Shown piece after piece: positions 39,433-49,780 of a stretch of DNA of 64,000 nt. Numbering within the stretch: the stretch's first letter is position 1; each line of letters begins with the position of its first letter. Under the pieces are notes generated by a model. The model was given only the letters and a program-made list of their open reading frames with translations, did no database searches and had not been told where the DNA came from. This DNA is from Marsupella aquatica (taxonomy: Eukaryota > Plantae > Marchantiophyta). The position numbers and the translations under genes were made by a program. Where the stretch lies: positions 3,909,223-3,973,222 of the forward strand of contig OZ316892.1 in NCBI GenBank assembly GCA_973895155.1, written 5' to 3'.

Positions 39433-41564
39433 GAAACCCTATTGCTGCAAAAATCCCGCCGCAATTCCTGGACAAAGTTACTGTTCACTAACTTTGTCAT
39501 GTTCCTTGTGCCCTAGGTCGCCGCCGCACCTCACCTCTCCGCGGCGCGTTATGTTGCTGTAGGAAACACAATTTGCCAACATCCAACGTTGCTTGCTGCC
39601 GCCAATTCCATGAGTAAAAACGATGACCACCGACAAGGAAATGTTGCCGAATTGCACCAGCACAATCTGCAAGCTCAGTAGAGAAAAAATCTTCCGTCGT
39701 GTCACACTCACTCCGCATCAAGTGCCAATCCTGGACTCAAAATGACCGTCTTGTCGCGATCAAAACATTGAGCCATAGCACTTTGCGTTTCTTCCTCCGA
39801 GTTGGACGTGACAACGAGTAACCCGGTTCAGATGAGAACAAGCTCCATAGCCTGTGAAAAAATCTGAACGTCTCCTTCACTCGTCACGACGCACTCGGTA
39901 ACCACTCGACAGCAACTCAGCTACCGAAATGAACAGCTCGCTTTAACCTCCAACATGAGCTATAACATGCAACACCTACCGCACCGCACAACTCAAACCG
40001 TTGAAAAAACGATCTCTGGTCTCTCCCCCGAAATACCGTTGAACACAAAAAAACTCCAGATTGACGCAAACTTCGATTCCTCCGCACCACGGATTCCGAT
40101 CAGCAAGTTCTAACCACCGTTAGAAAGCCCTCTCACTAATCTATCCGTTCAGCCACACACATTCGAGTTTCATGCGATGAAACTCCGAATGTAACACCAA
40201 CAATGAACACTGGAAAACCGTCACGAAAAAGACCTCGTCACCTCCCAAGCATGCTCTGATACCAATTGTTGAGCATCGACGACAATTGCAACGGCAAGCC
40301 CATTAACCATCCAACGCACAAGAGTCGACACAGAGAGATACGTGGTTCACCTCCACATGAGGCTACGTCCACGGGAACACACAAGAGCTTTACTGCACTC
40401 TAGGCCGACCGGCCATACCAAGCATCCACAGCACAAGCTCTCTCTATCTCTCAACTAGCTCCGTAACAATGAGCCTGAGTTCCACCTCTCCAAGCAAACA
40501 CCGCTTGGTTATAGAGTGTGCACAACATGACTAACCTAACCAAGTCTGCAACTAAGGTTAGCCTTAACTATGGTACAGTCGTAACTCTAGACCTAAGAGT
40601 AAATCCTAACAAAAACTCAAGCTAGAGCTCTTGTTATTAGGGGTACTACATCCTGCAATGCTTGGTGAACGGGATGGACCTTCCTATATAGTTACATGGA
40701 GGACACGTTCCGACCTCCATTTCGTGAAACACACAAGGAAATTGGCCGGGTAGGAGCTCGCGGGCTTATGACGCAGAAGCTAGAGTGGCCCATAATGGAT
40801 GTCTTTCTGGATCACAATATTACTATGTGAAAACATGATAAGCCAACATAAGAATTTAATTTTAGGGTGTGATTCACTGATTGAAGTTTATCTCTACTTG
40901 TTCACTCTGAATTAGATTTCCTCTTAGCTTGCTAGAGAAATTATTGAAGTTCTATAATTAATTGTCTATTGAGAATTGTGTTGAGTATTTTTGTTTCTAT
41001 GTGCTTTTTAGACAAGATAATTGTTTCTGTTATCGTTTGTTCTTGGATTCTTAATTACTTTTCTCCCCTCGTCATATTCTAATTTTCCTGCATTAGAGAT
41101 TTTTTATCTCTATATTTATTGTTTGATATTTCACATCTCTATTACAATTATATTTATTTTGTTTTTATCTTTGTAATCAAGAAATACTAGATTGAAATTT
41201 CATAAGGGATAATATGTCTTCCCATGAGTGTGAGAAAGAAAGGTTAATTTGCAAACAATGTTGGCCCCTCCCGTTTCAACTTGAAATCTCATAGGAGATT
41301 TATCCCCATTTGTGTGGGACAGAACAGTTTCGGGACAATGCTAGCCCCTTCCTTTTTAACTTCTATGAGATGCCAATCACTTTATTGAAAGGGACACACA
41401 ACTCTAGAAGCTAAAAAGTTGTCTCTTAGTAAATCAGCATGATTGTGGGGAGAAGTTTAAAAGTGGGGCTACCACTTTTGCAAATTTGAACACTAGATGG
41501 ACAAATAGTTGCAGTAATATTATGTTGCCTGGAAGGTGCAGGACTGAATGAATGTTGTATCCTC

Positions 41565-43470
41565 CCCTGAAATTGGAAGGCATGATGACTGAAAAGGGAC
41601 ACAACAAACCTTGTTGCAAAATACTAGCAAAATCCAGCTATAGTGACAGGTCCACCCCTGAAATTGGAAGGTATGATGACTGAAAAGTGACACAAACAAA
41701 CCCTGATGCAAAAACACTAGCAAAATCCAGCTATGGTGACAGGAAAATCAGGTAAAATTTAACTAAAGGATGAATGATGAAAGAGTTGGAAGTCTCAATT
41801 CTAGAAACTGGCCCATAAACTGTGATTGAGGGGTGATTGTAGTGTGCAAGCTCAAAATGAACTTTCTTACTCTTATAGTAAAAAAACACCAATTCACTAG
41901 CAAAGTTATTCCCTAGCTAGCTAAAACCTGGATAATCAAGTACATTTTTGGGACTCCTCTTTTGGCTAGCCAAATATATGGACTGGCTAGCCAAATATAT
42001 GGACTAAAAATAAAAAAGAAATTAAATATCACTTGTAACTGGCTTGGCAATATTCTCCTTGCTATTAACATCAATGTTTGCTTGCATCATACAACGCCTT
42101 GTGATTGAGTTGTGCAAACAAACTCTTGCACTTGATGAAAAAATGAAAGTGTGTTGCTTTGAGAGATGCTTGCATCATACAAGAGAGAGAGAGAGAGAGA
42201 GAATATGTGAATCATTTCACTATTTCCCTGAAAGCGGGAAGGAGAAAAGTAAATGCACAGGGTAAAACCTTACAGGGGAAGCATCCAGCCATATTTTCTT
42301 GTTTTAAAACATTAGCCAAGGTGGTTATCCTTTATTATCCAGACACAAGCACAGGTCTGGTTATGGAGTATTTCCAAGGTGGTTACCCTTTATTATCCAG
42401 ACACAAGCACAGGTCTGGTTATGGAGTATTTTGTTTCAAGTATAGAGTACTTTCTCACTATTGAAAAGTATTTACTTTATTGTCCAGACAAACACAGGTC
42501 TGGTTATGGAATATTTAATTTAAGTGGAATGTTTCATTTGCCACCACCTATTGCACTATGGGAGAGTGTCGGCCCGGAAATGCAATGCTCTGCAATGGTC
42601 AGAGAGTACTCTATACCTTCTTTGCCAGGAAAGCCCTGGTGACAGGATTGGGTGATTGGGTAGACGAACTTCAAAAGCGTGCACGTCAAACGATTTAGCG
42701 CATTCAGAAGTGGACACCTGGGTCAAATCTGGATGCACTGAAATCTTTGCGCATGCAGTGAAATCTTTTGCCCATTCTCGTCCTATTGCGTACTGTTGAT
42801 CTACCTGGAGCTTCTGAAGAGGGGCTCGGGACAAGACACTGGCTAGGTCCCAGACCTCTTTCAGCCAGGTCATTTCAGAACTGATACTACAAATTCGTAC
42901 CAGATCTGCACATTGCTAAGCGTTCAAATCACAGACTCACAACAGAATGATCCAATTTCCCCCATCTCGCGTGCAAGTGCAAGCGTACAAGGGAAGCCGG
43001 CCATCGAGAATGATCCAATTTCCCCCATCTCGCGCAAGTGCAAGCGTACAAGGGAAGCCGGGCTTCCCATCGAGATTCACGGACAGCAGCTGCACGTTGA
43101 GTGCTGGAATGGGACCACTAGACTTCCGGTATTGTAGATTTTTCTGTAGTCAGCCTGAAAAGTATTGGGGAAGGTCCATCGATTCAATTCCTCTGCTCTG
43201 CTGATAATCTAGAGGAGACTGAGAGGTTACACAGTGATTCGGTGACATTTGGCCAACTTCTGAAGTCTCACCACTCGGTTTCTCATTCTTCTTATCTGAA
43301 TACAACTGCAAGTAAAATGTTCATACAACCACTAAATTAAACTGAAACGGAAAAACCACCTTAATCAATCTATTTCAAGAGTGTGTCCATGGGCTTCAAT
43401 CTTCGAAGTCCCTCAGTCTTCCAAGTCCCGCAATCTTCGAAGTCCCGCACTCTTCCCAGTCCCGCAATCT
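41565..43470. repeat. Cluster of short tandem duplications
   Basis: ~91 bp x2 at 41565-41742; 21 bp x2 at 41963-42005; ~59 bp x2 plus a partial copy at 42318-42510; ~62 bp x2 at 42943-43061; caatcttcgaagtccc-like units x3 at 43397-43470. Confidence 0.85.
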
Positions 43471-43954
43471 CCGAAGAGTCCAGACCTGACATGCCCTGTT
43501 GCATGTAGTATAGGATGCAGTTGGCGACGAGGGCAGCCAATAAGGTAAGTCGGAGACACTGCTTGTGCTCATCCCCGCAGTTGAATTCCTTGTGAATTTA
43601 CCACCAAGTCAGTTCGAGACACTCCTGGATTATCGTTGGACGTGTTCACCAACGGAACGTGTGATAAACTTACACGCGCTTCTGATTCATAGGTGGAGCT
43701 TCGTCCATACATAGGCCAAAATACTGCCAGGAGCCCTAGTGGCTCACACTAACCTTGACGAATGAGAACAAAGAAAAACAAGTATATATGCCATATGACT
43801 CTTGAGTGAAGTGCCATAACGAGAACCTTCGCTTGACATCTCGTTATGACTCTGAGAACGTGAAGTGCCATTACGAGAACTCTTTCTGTTCACTCGATCT
43901 CTTACTTTCACTTCTAGCGCAAAGAACTTGGTCTCCAGACTTCGAAGAGGTACA

Positions 43955-45652
43955 ATGAATCCGGGACTGATGATGGACTTGCCGAAGGCTTCAGGGTCCA
44001 TGGAGCAGGAGGGAGCAGATGTCACCCAGGATGCGGAACGAGATACGGAATTGCTTCTTTATCAATTACATCGTTTTTGGACAGGTTTTTATAATGGGCT
44101 TTTTTCCTCAGCCTTTCGAGGTCAAAGGGAATACGCTATGCAAAACCCGGAGTTTGACTTAGACCATCGTGATAACCAGCAGTTTCCGATGGGCCGGGGA
44201 TCCCTGTTCCCAGTGCCACCCGACTTGGAAGCAATTCACCGAGACCTGCTCTTCATCGTCGAGGGAGATGCAATCCGTATTCAGCTTGACTCGGGATTTC
44301 AGTTTTTTGTGCTTGACTGGGAACGTTCTGCCGATTTCTGTGAACCCCTTCGCGCAGGTTTTGCTAGGGGACTTTTCTTTGGAGCGGGTTTTGCAGCCAG
44401 CCCGATAGCGAGCATACGTCCATACTTGGAGAGACTTGGCCAAAATGGGCAGGCGCGCTCGCCGACGGAGGGTAGTTCCAATATCTACTCATGATGACCA
44501 GGCAGAGTCGGAGTCACCATACGTTCAGGAGTAAGATTGAAACGGATGAAGGTCCTACTAAGTCTGTCAACGATATCACTGTCAAAGTTTCCTGCAGCTA
44601 TAGTACCTACAGATTGTAGTGTTGAAGGCTACGTACTCCGTGGTGATTATTAGATTGCGATACTCTAGTCGACCAAAGGATGATGTTGCGTTTGTACATG
44701 GACTTTCAGTTAGATAGTCTAGATGATTAGGAAAGTGTTCGTTTTCAGGAGCTCTGGGACTGATGTCACAGTCACCGGGTGTTATGGAACGATAGAGATA
44801 GAGATAGCTGGTGCGAGTTTTAGAATTCCAAGGACCCTTCTTTGGTTGCAATGCACTTTCGAAATGAAAGTTCCACTTGCCCAACTTATTCTTAACGTTC
44901 TTATTATCATTCTGGAAGATAAGAACGAAAGGGTTTCCAACTATGTTCATGTGCGCGTGCAAGTTCGAGCTTCCAAGTGGTGATCGGTGGCTTTCCTCTG
45001 ACTTCAAGTCGAGAACAATTGTATCCTCGTTTTGGGCTCCCGATCTCTCGTTGTTTGTACGAAGCATCTTTCGTTGTTTGTACGAAGCATGTGTAGAATT
45101 CAGTTTATTGCAGATTTTGGAACGGCGAGTTTACAAAAGATGAAATGGAGGATGACATGCCGAAGGTTTTGGAACTTCGAGTTGATGAATTTAAATCCAA
45201 GCACCAAATCAATGTACTGCTCTTCAACGTTAGTTGCATACGTAGCAACAGCCGCAAAAGCTTCCCTTATGACCAAGCATATATGTGCCGTCCAAGGACT
45301 TGGCGGATCGTGGTCTAAAATTATAATGGAGTGGATGCCCATGAGGCAAATTCATCATCGACGGTGTCATATAAACAACTGAAAATGTCGTCAAAATAAT
45401 TCATGACTTGCGGTACCCTTGCCCAGCTTCAAATATATTCAAAAGCATGGGAGGGTTGAACTGGAAGCCTCTCATCGACGTGGCCGTGTATTCAATTATT
45501 TGGGTCTATATGATTACAGGATCAACGCATCATCTAATCACACAACAAATTTCCTCACAGCAGTATTGGCCAACCTCCATAGATACTTTTGTGAAAGGAT
45601 TTTCTCAGAAACTTCCGTCCCGTATCCGATTGACATGAACTGCACCTTCTGA
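43955..45652 (+). pseudogene. Gene-like region of unknown family: 179-codon ORF followed by frame-disrupted coding-like sequence
   Basis: ORF from ATG 43955 to 44494 (MNPGLMMDLPK...). Downstream coding-like blocks are shared with 32100-32990 and end at the same stop (...PIDMNCTF* versus ...PIEMNCTL*). No recognisable domain. Confidence 0.35.
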
Positions 45653-45910
45653 GGAGCAAACCTAGCAAAGAAGCCCCGCCACCCATTGCTACACACCGTT
45701 ACATCATGTGTGTAATAGGTGTCACAAAGTACACAGTGTGAAGGTAGCGCGACCAAGAAAACGTACAGTGTAAGATTAGAAAACGTACAGTGTAAGATTC
45801 TGCAGCAAAATATTTGATGGCCCTTCTAGATGAAGATATTCGGGAAGAGCCCCTCACTTTTCAAATATATTTAATGGCCCCTTGTCCCTCCAACCCTTTT
45901 TCATGACTTA

Positions 45911-47500
45911 CTAGCTCAATACCCGTGCGTTTGACAAAAGATGTCGTGACGGCCAAGATATTTTTGAGAACAAAAGATGTCGTGTCGGCCAAGAGGTTGT
46001 TGAGAAGAAGATGACGTCTCGGCCAAGAGGTCATTGAGAAGAAAGATGTCGTGTTGCCCAAGATGTTAGTGAGAACAAAAGATGTCGTGTCGCCCAAGAT
46101 GTCATTGAAAACAAAAGATGTCATCTCGGCCAAGATGTCGGTGAGAACAAAAGATGTCGTGTCGCCCAAGATGTCGTTGAAAACAAAAGATGTCGGTGAG
46201 AACAAAAGATGTCGTGTCGGCCAAGAAGTTGATCGATGAGAACAAAAGATGTCGTGTTGGCCAAGAGATTGTTGAGAAGAAAGATGTCATCTCGGCCAAG
46301 AGGTTGTGGAAGAAATAGAGATCGTGTTGCCAATGATGTCGTAACGCGTTATGCCAAAGGTTTTGTTAAATATAACAATGTTGTTAAGTACAAAATAGCT
46401 CAATACCCGTACGTTACACAAAAGATGTCGTGTTGCCCAAGATGTCGTGCAGTAAAACCATGTTGTTAAGAACAATGAAGTTGTTTTGCCAGTTCAAAGA
46501 TGTAGTTATGTGAAAGACGTTGTCAAGCCCGTTGTCAAGTAAAAGACGCAGTTAAGAAAAAAGAAGTCATTTTGCCAAACATGCCGTCAAGTAAAAAGTT
46601 GTCATCAAGTAAATAGTTGTCGTCAAGTAAAAAATTGGCATAACTAACAAAAAAGAAGTCATTTTGTCAAAGATGTTGTTATGTGAAAGTAGTCATGAAT
46701 AAAAAGATGATGTGGTGCCAAATGGTTTGTTATGTGAAAGATATTGTGAAGTAAAAAGATGTTGTCAAGTAAAAGTGTGCCCCTTGCCAGACACCTTGCC
46801 ATCAACGCCAGTGCCATGATCTTTACTCTTGGTCTTTACTATGTCTTTAGACCTTATAATTGTTTATTTTTTGGCAGTGAAAATGGCACAAAAAATGAAT
46901 GTAAAAAATCATCCTAAATATTGGGAGAATTATTGTTTTATTTGATTAGTATATGCAGTCCCTTATTGACTAAAATAGTATCTGAAATTTAACTCCTACC
47001 AATATTACACTAAACTATGCACTATCTCACTCTATTGAGTATCTACACCTTATTGAGTATGTACAATATTTTCTCCTTATCCTTCATGTTGTGCATTGTG
47101 TTAGTGACGCCCCATTTTCCTCCTACTTGGACATTGGCGTGACTCTTTTTCATTCATACTAAACTAAAATTTATTTATTTATTTATATTCTTTCCTTCTA
47201 CCAGATTTTCTTATTTTTTGTGCCCTGCAAATTTGAATGACAACCAGGGCAAAAAAGGCGCAACCTTGTATTATAGAAGTTAATAGCTCGATACCTGTGC
47301 GTATACTTTTCCATAAAAGATGTTGTTAAGTAAACATATGTAGTGGCATCAGAGATGTCATTAAATAAAAATATGTCATTGTGTAAAAGATGTCATGGCG
47401 TAAAAGATGTTGTTAATAGGTAAAATACTGTGGTATAAAAGATGATGTTAAGTATTAAAAGATGACATTATGTCAAAAATGTGGTTACGCCAATTGAAAT
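45911..47500 (-). mobile_element. Non-autonomous Helitron-like element(s) carrying a minisatellite
   Basis: Minus strand ends ...aacgcacgggtattgagCTAG|T at 45911, a typical plant Helitron 3' end. The same end motif recurs degenerately at about 46395 and 47282, each time adjoining aagatgtcgt-type repeats. Confidence 0.55.
45935..46780. repeat. 36-bp minisatellite built from two ~18-bp subunits, decaying rightwards
   Basis: Unit aacaaaagatgtcgtgtcggccaagatgtcgttgag repeated about 10 times at 45935-46340, then degenerate. Confidence 0.9.
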
Positions 47501-48780
47501 ATGTGGGTAAGTAATGAGACATGCTTAGTAAAAGGTGTTGTCAAGTAAAATAAGAAAACTCCAATAATTTTGGAGATGAGTTAGGGCAGAGGATTGTTGC
47601 ATTTTGTCAAGCCGGCCTCCATGCGCAAGGACAAAAAAAAAACCCAGTAGGAACCCGGTTCTTGGTCTAGGCATGAGTCCGAGTCCGAAACGCAAGACAG
47701 AGTCCAAGGGTGAGGCTGAGTCCAGGCAAGGGCAAGACCAAGTCCAGGCAAGGGCGAGGGCGGGGATCGGGTGGGTCATCGAGGCAGGGTTTTAGGGTTG
47801 AGTGGGGGAGCGCGAGGAGGGAGAGTCAGGGCAAAAGGGGAGAGCGAGGTTAGAGAGGCAAGAGGGCGAGAGGCCGCGGAGAGCAGGGTTGGGAGGCAGG
47901 AGGGGCAGGAGGGAGTCGGGAGGAGGGGCCGCGAGGTGGGAAGGCAAAAGGGGGCCTGGGAGGCAGAGGGCGGAGCCAGCCAGGCAGGCCTGCCCCAAGC
48001 CAGCCAGCCAGTCAGCGTGGGCGGCCGCGAGCTGGGCAGGGCTGGCCGGCGACCGGGGGGGTGGGGATCGCGACTTGCAGTGGCTTGGTGCTGACTTTGC
48101 GGCATTGCAATCCAAGTGACGGCTTGAGTTTCCACTTGAGTTTTTTTTGTCTGATTGGTTTAATTTTTTCCAGTTTTGATTTTTTTCACCCAAAACGGCC
48201 AGGCAATCTTGAAAGAGGACCATGGTATAAATTGGTTTCATAGTGTATTATAGTTTTTGATAGTTGACACAAAAACTATGGAAGATAAATAGTACATTTT
48301 TGACTTGCATTGAAAACAATATCTTGTTCTCACTTATGCATTGATGGAAAGTAGAGGGATCTACATTGATCCTTGTGCTTGCATGGGCTTATTTACTAAT
48401 CATTTCTCTTTTTAGTCGTCTTATTTCACTGTTTCCTTTTTGCAGAGTGTTCCTTCCCCTTTCATTCAGACTAAACTTTATTATCTTTTATTTATTCCTT
48501 CCTCTTTTGCTGGAATCTTTTTTTGGACACTCTATATTTGAATGACGACCATGGTATAAAAGGGCGCAACCTTGTATTATAATTTAGAATTATTTGTTCT
48601 ATTTTTAATCTACAAATATAATAAGGGATCTAGTATGTTTTTATCCTTCGTCTCAATACAAGAAAACTCCTGGACGGGAAATGTTCATAGTCGCTGGATT
48701 CAATTAGCTGTTTTCTCTGACCATTGATGGAGAAAATGTGCACCCCTAGCACATATGTGTTTCCTACTGCCCCGTAAATG

Positions 48781-48838
48781 CCCCGGCCCGACTCCCTATG
48801 GGCCGGCCCCTAAAGCAACACGCGGGTATAGGGGTAGT
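48781..48838 (+). mobile_element. Helitron-like 3' terminus (degenerate)
   Basis: cccgactccctatgggccggcccc...gcaacacgcgggtataggggtagt is homologous to the 27541-27620 end. Confidence 0.45.
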
Positions 48839-49391
48839 TGGAGCATAATACCACAACTATTATGTTACTCCACTAAATGTACTCTTTAGAAGCAATTTCA
48901 GTGTACTCTTGCTTAAAAATAAGTATATAAAGTAAGTACTAAGTATTCAGCCCATGTCATTCACAAATTCATTTTTCTCATGGTTGGAAATACTTCTGCA
49001 AGTAAATGGTACTTAAGGTACATAATATTTACTCTCTTTAGTTATTCACTCTCAATGTTTTTGGACATACTCATACCAGAAACTCCAAACCATAGTCTTA
49101 CCTAAACTTTCTTAAGGTGAACCAATGGTTTTTGTTGAGCATAGACGACGATCGCAACGGCAAGCCCATGAACCATCCAACGCACAATAGTCGACACAAG
49201 AGATACGTGGTTCACCTCCTTGAGGCTACGTCCACGGGAACACACAAGAGAGCTTTACTGAACTCTAAGCCCGTCGGCTATACCGAGTCTCCACAGTGTA
49301 AGCTCTCCCTATCTCTCAAGTGGCTCCATAACAATGAGCCTTGGTTCTACCTCTCCAAGCACACATGCCTCTTATGATATAGTGTGCAACT

Positions 49392-49552
49392 TAGTTGTAC
49401 CTAACCACATAGTTGTACCTAATCACGTAGTTGTACCTAACCACATAGTTGTACCTAATCACGTAGTTGTACCTAACCACATAGTTGTACCTAATAACGT
49501 AGTTGTACCTAACCACGTAGTTGTACCAACCCACGTTGTTGTACCAACCACG
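49392..49552. repeat. 18-bp tandem array in the U3 of copy 2 (3' LTR)
   Basis: About 9 units alternating tagttgtacctaaccaca and tagttgtacctaatcacg. Confidence 0.95.
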
Positions 49553-49780
49553 TCATACCTAACCTAGACGTAAGAGTAAATACCCAACAATCTTCCCCTT
49601 GACTCTGGTCTAGGGGAGAGTACTACTGCCAATGTATATGATCCCTCAGCGGGAAGTTCTGGACAGAAACCAAACCGGTTTCCCTCTCTAACTAGAGCAA
49701 ACCAGAACTAAGCCGTAGCCTAATACATAGGAATGAGGAAGAACATATATCAGTAATTACAATGAATGTTTAAGAAAACT

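Larger units (their letters stand above)
34037..40611 (-). mobile_element. Full-length Ty1/Copia LTR retrotransposon (Tork/Tnt1-like), copy 1, coding region disrupted
   Basis: TG...CA LTRs at 40267-40611 and 34421-34765, plus two extra 192-bp LTR-end copies at 34037-34420. TSD AAAAC at 34032-34036 and 40612-40616. PBS TGGTATCAGAGC (tRNA-iMet) at 40253-40264. PPT at about 34766-34780. Domain order gag-PR-INT-RT-RH. Confidence 0.97.

Noticed and set aside
45861-46475. Repetitive ORFs (TTSFV.., TKDVV..) and a superficial CRISPR-like periodicity of 36 bp
   Set aside because: The units are contiguous degenerate tandem repeats with no unique spacers, there are no cas genes and the context is eukaryotic. 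The ORFs arise because 36 is divisible by 3.
47771-48241. Gly/Arg/Pro-rich ORFs on both strands
   Set aside because: Explained by low-complexity GC skew; no coding evidence.
49334-49567. ORF with (VVPNH[I/V])n repeats, duplicated at 54853-55086
   Set aside because: It is only the translation of the 18-bp U3 array on the antisense strand of the LTR.
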